From a virus: 64,000 bases of DNA. The translations under genes and the position numbers were made by a program. The stretch spans positions 32,001 to 96,000 of the IMG/VR virus record IMGVR_UViG_3300022752_000027; one strand, given 5' to 3'. Positions 11,401 to 21,400 of this stretch are shown in pieces. The stretch's first letter is position 1. The number at the start of each line of letters is the position of its first letter. A model generated the notes under the pieces. That model was not told where the DNA came from. It did not search any database and worked only from the letters and a program-made list of their open reading frames with translations.

Positions 11401-14400
11401 ACGAAGCAGAGAATACTAAGACATTTACTAGAGCACTGCTACTAGATAAGGAAGGAAGAACCCTTGCATATAAGTATGTAGAGGAACAGCTTACTAATAA
11501 GCTAGAAGAACTCCTACTAGAGCATAATGCTATGGATGCTGATGCTGATAAGCAAGAGATTGACTATAAGATTAGTTTGCTTGCATATGCATTGCGCAAC
11601 TTTGGTGATAGTAACAATCCCTTCAACACATTCGGTCTTGTAAAATACCATGGTCAGACTTCAGAATTCTTGGAATTTGAGGATAGACTTGGTGATATGC
11701 CTGAGGATGTCAATGTATACGAACGTAATGAATTTGACCGTAAGGCTGGTAACGAAACTGCTATGAAGGCATTAGCAGGTACTTCCCTACTCTATACTAT
11801 AAGATCATTGTATTCACATGATGCTAATGGTAATGTAGAAAAGAACATGCTTGGTTTCCCGAAACTTGCTGACTTTAATAGAAGCTGGAATAGGATTACT
11901 AATATTACTGAAGGGTCTAACAACGTAGACGATATTTTTAAGAAGCTTCAGGATGCATCTGCTGATTACCCCATTATAAAACAGTTTATTGATAAGGTAG
12001 GTAGTCCTGCTAATCTGGAGAACTCATCTGTTAGACTTTGGTCAGACATAGAAAAGATTATGACCATGCCTCGCATTGGTCTTGTAAGCCTCAGAGTAAA
12101 GGTAGAGAATAGTAAACCCGAAGGTTCTGAGAAGATTAAAAAGACTGTTATTGTAACAGCTACTCAGGCTACTGGAGAATATACTAAGGTTGGTAGAAAA
12201 TGGGATAGTCAATTTGCTATTGCAACAGGTCCTTACATTACCGTAGATGAGAATAACGTCAACACTCTTAATATTGATAAGGTACTAGCAGATTTTCCAG
12301 CTGTTACATTTGATAATGCTTTCAGGTTTATGGAAGCCGTAGGTATGCCATTAGAATCATCTAAGGTTGCTGAGAAAGCATTTAGAGAATCTAACATGCT
12401 TGTTGATGTTCGTAATATTCATACAACTCTAAAGGGAATTCAGGAATATCATAATCAGTATTCTCCTACTAAACGTTTGACAATTACCAAACCATCTGAA
12501 ATTCTTAAAGACTTTAAGGTAAAGATAAGTTTGGATCCAGGTGTTTCTGATTCTGAAAAAAGAAGAGCAATAAGTACGCAGATAAAACTTGGAGGAAGTA
12601 CAACTACTTTTAATAATCTTCAGAAGTTTCAACTAAAATGGTCTGACGACTTTTCGGATACTACTGTATCTAATGCAGAGAACCAGAACCAGTATGAAAG
12701 ATCATTAAGAAGTACAGCTTCTCAAATGATCTCTAAGATAAATGCTGCTAATACCGAAACTGAACTTACGCAGGATGGTGTTACTAATGCAGATGATTTA
12801 AGTATGAATCATTTGTCCCGTAGACGTAATCCGTTTGTAAAAACATCAGCTTTCTTCAGAAGACTGTTTGATAAAAACGGAGAAAAGAAAACTGGCATTG
12901 TAAATAATAAAATGACTACGGCTAAAATAGACCTGATGAATATGTCAGGGGTAAGCCGAGAGTTAATCAATGTAAAAGGTATTGTTGAGAATTCTGGTAT
13001 ATCATCATCTAGCGCAGATGGAGTTACTAAGAGACTAGAAGACATGCTTATGATGATGTTGTATGGTGTCAATGAAGCAACACGTCACGCTGATAAGTCT
13101 ACTACATATTTATATAAGGTTCTAGATGAGCAAGGCAATGTACACTTAATTGATATTGCTTCTTTCTCTGATGCTGTTGGAGAAAACAGTTCTACGGGGG
13201 TACAGAAATACGTAAACCAGCTTGTACAATATTTGGCAAGTGAATACGAACGTATTCAAAAATTAGAAGATGGTGATGAAGCTGGAACTGTTACGGTAGG
13301 TAAATCTAATTATTATAAGACAGGTACTCAGTTTGCAATCTTTGATAGAATTTTATCTGATACTACTAAAAACAAACTGAAAACTTTCCGTAGTGCCAAA
13401 GCAAATAGCATTAGAACTGCTGAAACTTTTTATCGATACTTGAATGATCCAATCAACAGAGATCTTAAAGATACTGTTGAGAAAGAAATCAAAGAGTATC
13501 TATTTAGTAGAAGTGGGGTCATTACTGAAAAATTAAATGAAGTAAACTTCTTTCAGAATGATCAGCTTGTAGATGAGCTTGTTAAAAGAATGCTCCGCAC
13601 TAAGAAAAAGGGATATGAGAAATCTGAAACCTTTACAACGTTATCCAGAGATAGAAAGAAGGAGATTGTAGATTCAATAGCTATTGCCTATACCGCAAAT
13701 GACTGGTTGCATAAATATGAATCTACTCTTTTGTTCTATGGTGATCCTGCATTATATGACCATAGCAAAGATGAATTCTTTAAAAGAAATGCTGGTTTCT
13801 CTGCTACAGGAGACATTCCTCGTACAGATAAATATATGATTGAGTATATAAATCAAAAACTTCAGGAGAATTCTTTAGCCGGTAAATTAGGTATGAAGCC
13901 TAAATCATTTGGCAAAGTAATGTCTGCTGCAGTAATGCAGGATACAGCTACAAAATCAATTTATCTAGAGGATTATCTTAAGTATGCTAAAGAAAAAGAA
14001 GAGGCAAGACTAAGAGGCCTTAACTTATCCGATGAGAAAATAAATGAAGCATTAGCAAAAATTGAGGAAATCTTCAATGATGCATATGCAGCTATGAAAG
14101 AAGGTGATGGTCAAGGTTGGATCAACTTTGATGCATACAGATCTTTATTGTTATCTCTTAATAAATGGTCTTATTATCAGGAACAGCTCTATAATAAAGT
14201 AGTAAATAATGAACCAGTAGATGTAAGTGAATTACTTCAGTTCTTCCCTGTTAAGAAGATGCAATACTGGGGACCACTTAAGACAGACGGTCTTCCTGTA
14301 TATGGATTCCATAAGTATTCTTTGATGCCGTTAATTCCTAATGTTACCGTAGGTACTCATATGGAAACACTACAGCAAAGAATGTTGGAGCAAGGTGTAG

Positions 14401-17400
14401 ACTATGCAATGTTCCAGTCTGGATCTAAGATTAATACAATTACTAATGAAGAGGGTAAGGTAGATAAGTTCTATAATGATAACACTAATAAGACAGATCA
14501 GGGTGTAGCATTTGCTAACCCTGCGTATACCTTTACTAAGAACAACATATTCCTCGATTACTTTAAGGATCAGCTTGAAGTAAATGATGCATATAAAGGA
14601 TCTGTAACATTCCCAACACAGCTGAGAACCTTGATTGAGGAAGGCCTTATGGAGAATGGTGTTCCAACTGATTGGAAACCAAAACTTAAGGATAAGTCTG
14701 AAAGAATTAAAAAGTGGAAAGAAGAGACCGATAAAGAAGATTCAAATAACTATAGACTCCTTAATCTTTATGAGGCTAAGCTTAGAAGATTAGTTAAACT
14801 TAAAAAAGAAAAATTAAAGAAAGAGATTGGTAATAAGCCGGAAGACCTGGTCAAGTTCATAAGAAAAGAACTGACTAGAAGAGAAATGGCTGAGCATAGT
14901 ATTGACTTTGTTGATTTTGATGCACAGAAAAACAAATTCAAGAATAGCTTAGACCTGTCTTTGATGGCAGACACTATTGAAAGAGCACTTGTTGCTGTTG
15001 TACAAAAGAATCTAATAAACCAAAAAGTAAATGGTGAGAGTCTTGTACAAGTAGCAGGTACTGGATTTGAAAAAGCTAATTTCCGTAAACCATCTAAAGA
15101 AGAAATTAAAGAATACGGCCAAAGAGGTTTAAGATTCTACCATCTTAAGGATGGAAAAACAAAAGCAATGCAAATAAAAGTTGCAATGCAGGGTAAGTTT
15201 AAAGAACTTCTAAAGCTACAAGATGTAAGAGATCTGGCCAGAGAACAAGAGATATCAGAACTGGATGCATTAAACATGCGCCTCAAAGATCAAGAATGGG
15301 TAAATAATAATAGAGATCTTATTACATCTGTTGCAGTAAGGATCCCAACCCAGGGATTAAACTCAATGGAGTTTATGGAGATAGCAGAATTTTTACCTGA
15401 GTCTGCCGGTAATATTATTATACTTCCTGCAGAAATTGTAGGTAAAACAGGTGGTGACTTTGACATCGATAAGATGTTTACACTGTTTCCAAACATTAAA
15501 ATTGATGAGAATGGTCTAGCACAAGTTGAATCAGGTGATACTATTGCTGGAATTGAAAACGATATCTTATTTATTACAAAAGAAATTTTGGAGAAAGAAG
15601 ATAACTTCCTTTCCCTCATAACTCCTAATACAACTATTACCCTTAAGGCTATTGCAGAACAGATTGCTGAAAAGCTGAAAGGCAAAAAACAAAAGAGATC
15701 TGCAACAGATATTTTTGAATCAGAAGTTAACCTAGAGAAACATCAGTCTAATAATATTGGTAAGATGATCCTAGGTATTATTGCTGTTAACAATACCTTT
15801 AGCACAATATTCAATAGAACAGGTCTTGTTTTACTTCCTGAAAGAGTTGTAACCAGCACCGAATCTGGAAATGTATATGGTAGGCAAACCCTAGAACTAC
15901 CACATAACACTATAGATGGTAATATCTCATTGTCTAGTTTATACTCTGCTGATGGAATTGATAAGATTGCAGACTTAATTAGTCAAATGATCAATGGTTC
16001 TGTGGACGTAGCTAAAGATGATTGGATCTTTGATTTGCAGGCTGATAAAGAAGCTATTTCTAAAATTGTATTCATGATTCAAGCCGGTGTTCCTGCTAAA
16101 CAGGTTGCACTATTTATGTCACAGCCTATTATTAGAGAGTACATCAGAAAACAAAAAATGCTTCGTAGTAAATTCAATGAGCCACTTGGTATCAAAGATC
16201 CTGGCACATACTATAGAATTACTGCAAGAGATCAAATTTTATTTGGTAAAGAGTTTGGATTTGGCCTAAAGAAAAAAGATTATGAAAAAGAAGGTACTGT
16301 AAAGAAATGGATGCTATGGCCAACAATTGAACGTCTTGCTGAAACAGCGGACAAAAATCTTTTTTCAGAAAAGTCACTTGAGGATAATATTAAAAGCAAA
16401 GAGTACACAGATGTAGATAGGGCAGTGTTTGCACATTACCTAGAAATAGAGGAGATGGCAAATGGAGTTACTAATCTTACACAGAAGTTAAACTTTGATA
16501 CTAGTAAGACCTCTACACTATTTGAAGCAAGAACAAAACTTAGTGACTTAAACGACCTAGCAAACGGTATATCACAGGAGTCTATTGGTATGATTATCAA
16601 TAATTCTCCGAAGGGTGCATTTAAGATTCAAGACTTTATCATTGATGTATTCAAAGATATGTTTCCATTAAGAGATGGTGACAAACTAAATGATCATATA
16701 TCTGAATCCTTATTAGCACGAGATAAAAAGTTTAGACAAAAACTGTCAACACTTAAGAAAAGAATAGGTATGACTGATGATGAGGATGTGATCAATAAAT
16801 ATAGGTCGGATCTTATTTCATTTATCTTCCAACAGCATTATTATAAGTTTGATCAGAATGCAAAAACTTATAATGGCGTAGATCTTACTTATGATATTCA
16901 GGAAGTAAAGTCACTTAATAATGGTGCTTTTGTAAAGGACGGTGTACTCTATGTAGATAGAGCAAAAATTAAAGAGATTTTTAATTCTGAAAGATATAAG
17001 TCTGGACAAGCCTGGGCATATGCAATTGCTCCTTTGGATCCATCTGTTTTATCTCTTTATGATAAAGATGTTGCAGAAGCACTATATAGTAAATACACAT
17101 ACCAAAGAGAGATTAATAGATCCATAGCTACAAATAGTTTTGAAAATGTATCTAAGACTAAGGAATTCTTTGAGTATAAAAAAGAACTTAAGGATGATCC
17201 AAACGCAGATTTCAAGGCATATGAAATGGTCCTTAGAGATAGGACACTAGATGGCTTGAATTACCATGGACACATGTTCTTTGGTAAAAGAGCATATGCT
17301 AAACAGATTATGGCTCTGAAAGATACTAATCCAGAACTGTTTGAAAAGTATCAATTCCTCAGCGACCTAGAGATTGTTAATACTAAATATGGGGTCACAG

Positions 17401-18488
17401 AAATATCTAACCTTAGAATTGGCGGAAGACCAAGAGGAAAAGATATAGAAAGACTTTATGATAACCTTCAGGAACTTTCAGATCCAACAGTAAGAAAAGT
17501 AAAAGATTCTTTTGAGAATGCTGTACTAAGCAATCTGTTTCAGAAGATGACACACTTTGCATTACTTCAGTCTGGTATTGATACAGGAAGTACATTTAGT
17601 CTGATTCCATTTGTATCAAATGAAAGTTATCTTAATCTAGTTAAGGAACCATATGAACAGTTCTTAGCTGATTCTGATACTAGACCACTAGATTTATATG
17701 ATAACTTGTTTGAAGCACAGTATTCCGAGGAAAGTAACAAAGCTCTGAAGGTAAAAGTAAAAGCTTTTGCTAAATCCATTTATGGTATAACACCGTATGA
17801 AAGATATACAAGGGAGTATATATCTACTCCTAATGAAGAAAGTGTAGAAATTACAGCCCTTGATAAAGTTAGAATAGCAAAAGATAACTTAACTAATACT
17901 TTAGTATTTGCTCCAATCAGTACCACGATGCTTACTGAAGCTATAATGAAAGAATTTGCTGAAGCAATTAAAGCATCAGGAAAAAAACAACTTGTAGTAT
18001 TTAATGAGATAGATGGAAGAACTAAAAATGTACAGGGTAATAATTCTGTATATAGAGCAATGGGTGATATGTCCTATGGTATTGTAACTAAAAAAGGACC
18101 TATGCCTACTAAACCTGATGGTAAACAGGATAAACTAGCAATGTTTACTGACCAGACCCTAGATAACAATAAGACTATGATTGACGAAATGATTAAAGGC
18201 CTTGCTGCAAAACAAGCCGAAGGTTATGAGTTAATCTTTGATCTTAATGGCTATGGTCAATACATGGCAGGATACAATGAATATGCACCAACCGGAAAAG
18301 ACAAACCTGATTTTGATGCATCAGCTCCAGAAACTTTTAACTATCTTTCGCAGCAGTTATTTGAGAACTTTGGATACTTAAATCCTAATTACTTAAAGAC
18401 ACTTGAGGGTAGAAGAATTGTACAGTCTAGACAGCCTGTAACAGATGACGAAATATTTGACCTTAAAAAATCTTGTAAATTAGCGTAA
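8472..18488 (+). CDS. Virion-encapsidated single-chain DNA-dependent RNA polymerase with N-terminal zincin-like domain
   Basis: Catalytic GGDFDIDK (DFDID at nt 15456-15470), preceded by RIPTQG and DGQGW motifs, as in crAss-like vRNAPs such as phi14:2 gp66. HEAWH zincin motif at nt 10875-10889 with a downstream EEKLAE. Confidence 0.9.
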   Translation: MINCSLTPDQIRTLRVKISGDLLDILGSPDAQFDVKSYLRDLYNFIEAGSNGNKNLALDYARMGSVIISQLVTNRPTDIAKLLFKGLDLNELMKKNIEFADPTNGLNLVNEYVAPIVSEETVEEIVAEEEKQIQQKKVEDKISSTGPTIERLRPTTAVSTTINELVDPDDASLGADPGMRYYTKFVREILTNYIGKRVGTSEFSGIDYPGIYGGLFITMMRYNQIPVAQLHSKMDLSRAEDKHKYDNDFVYVITDENGFPVTFDENYKVSGSGKLIYYNTRFLPVKQDGKFILTNVKNVQNPKELSKNLGISELDAEKMLDAQFRALEQAYEYLKANPEGKLLYSIRGGSYGTVVNENAAFVDPKSIDFENAAKKVMLINKQQAAEATGSSNSKGGFYLTATGKGMMFMKIKKLSDTDINLIFNVLTKNLTNQAGQPVSLETRKNIIQTYIKTSPNDLSISIDSTNNKLVLKYKGEIIDLDNVDAVKNAIARDKTGNLREYTFATNKFNDEQAIPLYSVEIDERTGGAYISGIKPMSPIEYMSHVSEVKVELEPDGTIKQYNAYFSLTSTPETIGKTVVKTEAPTADPTIREKKNEIVDQLFRGEEVTGDIQRPQNSVTRFEFIKPDGTVVNFYNRNAEPINESDLNKKARLKLVEKVTTEDGREFYNVVEVYIGDKYVGNIQETDFRQPKKTEEAIAKAEPIVKEQESKSSSDADTISKILKNNDLLKRLRNKLDDQTNVKATAEQIKLAKEWYENSPLSKFIPFTVAFNIINTKTRGSIATWDVHGITLFKGSNYSDLYHEAWHGFTQMFLTKEQRDSLYAEARKNKGTFKSFRGREVSYANATREELEEKLAEDFREFMLSKGKKVNEKAPVKNKIFKLLLDLLNYLFGKTSVQDVQDNSMGNPVISEMFEKLRVGDINEYTFNQANAEFSLLNSTIQPLDPTMDGPGTISRQDAKLLVDTTDALIGELIDKLNEAENTKTFTRALLLDKEGRTLAYKYVEEQLTNKLEELLLEHNAMDADADKQEIDYKISLLAYALRNFGDSNNPFNTFGLVKYHGQTSEFLEFEDRLGDMPEDVNVYERNEFDRKAGNETAMKALAGTSLLYTIRSLYSHDANGNVEKNMLGFPKLADFNRSWNRITNITEGSNNVDDIFKKLQDASADYPIIKQFIDKVGSPANLENSSVRLWSDIEKIMTMPRIGLVSLRVKVENSKPEGSEKIKKTVIVTATQATGEYTKVGRKWDSQFAIATGPYITVDENNVNTLNIDKVLADFPAVTFDNAFRFMEAVGMPLESSKVAEKAFRESNMLVDVRNIHTTLKGIQEYHNQYSPTKRLTITKPSEILKDFKVKISLDPGVSDSEKRRAISTQIKLGGSTTTFNNLQKFQLKWSDDFSDTTVSNAENQNQYERSLRSTASQMISKINAANTETELTQDGVTNADDLSMNHLSRRRNPFVKTSAFFRRLFDKNGEKKTGIVNNKMTTAKIDLMNMSGVSRELINVKGIVENSGISSSSADGVTKRLEDMLMMMLYGVNEATRHADKSTTYLYKVLDEQGNVHLIDIASFSDAVGENSSTGVQKYVNQLVQYLASEYERIQKLEDGDEAGTVTVGKSNYYKTGTQFAIFDRILSDTTKNKLKTFRSAKANSIRTAETFYRYLNDPINRDLKDTVEKEIKEYLFSRSGVITEKLNEVNFFQNDQLVDELVKRMLRTKKKGYEKSETFTTLSRDRKKEIVDSIAIAYTANDWLHKYESTLLFYGDPALYDHSKDEFFKRNAGFSATGDIPRTDKYMIEYINQKLQENSLAGKLGMKPKSFGKVMSAAVMQDTATKSIYLEDYLKYAKEKEEARLRGLNLSDEKINEALAKIEEIFNDAYAAMKEGDGQGWINFDAYRSLLLSLNKWSYYQEQLYNKVVNNEPVDVSELLQFFPVKKMQYWGPLKTDGLPVYGFHKYSLMPLIPNVTVGTHMETLQQRMLEQGVDYAMFQSGSKINTITNEEGKVDKFYNDNTNKTDQGVAFANPAYTFTKNNIFLDYFKDQLEVNDAYKGSVTFPTQLRTLIEEGLMENGVPTDWKPKLKDKSERIKKWKEETDKEDSNNYRLLNLYEAKLRRLVKLKKEKLKKEIGNKPEDLVKFIRKELTRREMAEHSIDFVDFDAQKNKFKNSLDLSLMADTIERALVAVVQKNLINQKVNGESLVQVAGTGFEKANFRKPSKEEIKEYGQRGLRFYHLKDGKTKAMQIKVAMQGKFKELLKLQDVRDLAREQEISELDALNMRLKDQEWVNNNRDLITSVAVRIPTQGLNSMEFMEIAEFLPESAGNIIILPAEIVGKTGGDFDIDKMFTLFPNIKIDENGLAQVESGDTIAGIENDILFITKEILEKEDNFLSLITPNTTITLKAIAEQIAEKLKGKKQKRSATDIFESEVNLEKHQSNNIGKMILGIIAVNNTFSTIFNRTGLVLLPERVVTSTESGNVYGRQTLELPHNTIDGNISLSSLYSADGIDKIADLISQMINGSVDVAKDDWIFDLQADKEAISKIVFMIQAGVPAKQVALFMSQPIIREYIRKQKMLRSKFNEPLGIKDPGTYYRITARDQILFGKEFGFGLKKKDYEKEGTVKKWMLWPTIERLAETADKNLFSEKSLEDNIKSKEYTDVDRAVFAHYLEIEEMANGVTNLTQKLNFDTSKTSTLFEARTKLSDLNDLANGISQESIGMIINNSPKGAFKIQDFIIDVFKDMFPLRDGDKLNDHISESLLARDKKFRQKLSTLKKRIGMTDDEDVINKYRSDLISFIFQQHYYKFDQNAKTYNGVDLTYDIQEVKSLNNGAFVKDGVLYVDRAKIKEIFNSERYKSGQAWAYAIAPLDPSVLSLYDKDVAEALYSKYTYQREINRSIATNSFENVSKTKEFFEYKKELKDDPNADFKAYEMVLRDRTLDGLNYHGHMFFGKRAYAKQIMALKDTNPELFEKYQFLSDLEIVNTKYGVTEISNLRIGGRPRGKDIERLYDNLQELSDPTVRKVKDSFENAVLSNLFQKMTHFALLQSGIDTGSTFSLIPFVSNESYLNLVKEPYEQFLADSDTRPLDLYDNLFEAQYSEESNKALKVKVKAFAKSIYGITPYERYTREYISTPNEESVEITALDKVRIAKDNLTNTLVFAPISTTMLTEAIMKEFAEAIKASGKKQLVVFNEIDGRTKNVQGNNSVYRAMGDMSYGIVTKKGPMPTKPDGKQDKLAMFTDQTLDNNKTMIDEMIKGLAAKQAEGYELIFDLNGYGQYMAGYNEYAPTGKDKPDFDASAPETFNYLSQQLFENFGYLNPNYLKTLEGRRIVQSRQPVTDDEIFDLKKSCKLA

Positions 18489-21400
18489 TGAACTCTTGTC
18501 CGATACCATCAGAATTTGAACCATTAGTAGAACATGCTAAGTCCGTAGGTATACCTGAAAGGTCTGCTGTAAGTCAGGCATTAAGAGCATATATGATTCA
18601 TAACTCCAATCTAAAGCCAGGAGAAGAACCTAGTATGCCAACTAATTATGAGTTCAATAAGATAATGGATGATTATAATATCTTCATTAACTCTCCTGAT
18701 AGGCAAACGGTTACAGAAGCTCCAGTAGGTTCTAAGGATTACTTTGCTGATATAGAAAATGCATTTCCTTGGTATAAGGTTATAAGAGAAGGTCTGCAAG
18801 TTGACACTGAATCTCAGTCAAATCTTAAAGGTCGTGCTATTATAAATGCTATTGCAGAAAAACTAAGTAGCAATTTAGGTGTACCCTATCAGTTTGTTAC
18901 TGCTGCTGAGGCACAAGAACTTACTAAAGATGTAAATATTTGGTCTGGACAACCTGCATTTTATTTCGGAGATACTATTTATATCCTACCAGAATTAGCA
19001 ACAGAGAAATCTGTCTTCCATGAATTTGCTCATCCATTAGTAAGAGCTATTGCAACAGCTAATCCTGAGTTATTCAAGAATCTGTACAAGCAAGTAATGG
19101 CCACATCGAAGGGTCAAGAATTACTTGACCGTTCAAAGAAAGCTTATCCTTCTGCTGCACCAAATGATCCAATCATAATGGAGGAAGTATTGGTTATGGC
19201 TTTAACTCAGGCAGCAACAGACACAACTGATTCTGCATTTAACAAGTTCATTTCCAATCTGTTATATGCAATCAAGCAACTTCTACGCAGAGTATTTGGA
19301 AAAGTAAAAGTTGAAAAACTTAATCCTAATACTACTATTGGGGAGCTGGCAGATATGCTGATGATGGAGAAGTTTGATATAGATACAAAATCTATTAGCC
19401 GTGAAGACATTGCTGCTTACATGACTGAGTATGATAACCTTATTGAGTCTATTGATAAGTTATCTCAGAGTACATTACAGGGGTCAACTGATGAATTATT
19501 CAATATGATCTCTGGTCATATTCAGCTTATAAAAAACAACAAGGACTATAAGGCAATGGATCAGATCCTAAAGGATTTGTACCAGAGATCTGACCTGAAA
19601 GAAATTTATGAGAGTTTAGCACCATACCAAAGTAAAAACGAGTATTTAATAAACGAGATGACTCGGCTCCAGCAGGATGCAGAGTTTGCTAAACAACATA
19701 CAAAAGCATTCCTTGATAGTCTGTTGCGCCTCAATGCAATGACAGATAGAGTACATACTGAACTTATCAATCTTGTGAAGGATATGAATTCCCAAGATAA
19801 TGTAGGTAAAGTATTTTACTTTAACAACATTATGAACTCATGGGATGAGTTCTTAAATGGTATGGAGACTACCATTAATAATGAACTACAGTCTGGAGCA
19901 ATTAAGCCGGACAATCCTATTATATCATTAGTTGGAGGTATCAGAAGAAAGATATCTAATGCACAGAAGACAGCAAACAAAGTATATGCTGAAGGTGTAT
20001 CACAGGTTCTTAAGTCTCAAATAGCACCAATGAAGACTGCTATTGATGAGAAGTATGACCAGATTATGGAGGATCTCCGTAAAAGAAATGCTCCTGCAAG
20101 TATTATAGCACAGAAACAAAAAGACTATTGGGGTCTTGAGGGACCAGAACTTGCTGAATTCCTAGACCTTAAGAATAAAAAAGATAAGGGATTACCAATG
20201 TCTTCTGTTGAATCTCATAACTACGAGATTCTAAAAATGAAGAGTTATAGAGATGGTGCATATCTTACTGATGAGAAGATTGATTACCTAATGACTGGCA
20301 GACTTGGTGATGGTCATGCTCTTAATTCTTTTATAGAAGGTTTTGTATATAACCAAGATCCAATTGTATTTGGATTTGCCGGATGGGTAAAGGATAATCT
20401 TACTGAAGTATTTACCTCATCACAAAGAAAAGGTAATTCTTTTCTTAATGAGGTTAAGCCATTACTAGAGGCTGCTGGTTATAACCAATCTAACCCTGCT
20501 GCATTCGGAAGAAGAGCAACCTTTAGAGATAAGAAAGGTGGTGTAGATAAAGATGGTAAGTACGTCACTAAAGATGTAAATACTATTATCAATCCTTGGA
20601 AAGACTATAGGGCTGATATTGCTAGATTAGAAGCAGAGATTAGAGCAGCAACTGAAGTAGCATATTCATCAGGAAATAATGATGAGGTTCTACGACTTAA
20701 GAAAGAAAAACGAGACTACGAACAGAAGTATTTTCATACCCCATATACAGAAGAATACTATAAAAGATTTAGTGTATTTAATCAAGGTCCTGGAGATATT
20801 ATTGGCGCAAAAGCTGAGGCTGCTAGAAATGAATTATTATCAAAAATTCAGAATCTTACTACATCAATTGGTATCTCTACAACAAATGAGAACTTTGATA
20901 CTAGAGATGAACTAGCTAATCTTTGGAGAGAATACAGACAGCTGCATTCTAACTATACATCTTCGGGTCAATTAAAAGATGCTGAAGGAATTAAGATTGC
21001 AGAAAGACTGAGAGAATTTAGAAATGCATCTAAGGATCTATACGATAATACTCTTATCCCTGAGTTGTTTACTAGTTCTCTTGCTGCATATGAACAGTCC
21101 CTTATTGACCAAGGCTATGAGAAATGGGGTGTACCATTCATGAAGCTGAGAAATAAATGGATTGAAAAGAACACCAGAACTGTAATCAAAGATAACTTCT
21201 ACGCAGAGCAAAAAAGAATTACAGATGAGATTAAGCAGATAAGTAGCAAGCTACCTAAAAATCTACAGGCTGAGTTTGATATAAGCAAACACTATGAGAA
21301 GCTTCTGCAGTTGATGAATCCTTACAGAGATGAGGATAATCAACCAGAAGCTACAGCAATGGACTTGCGTAACATCGAAGCCATTAAAGAAACTCAGGAA

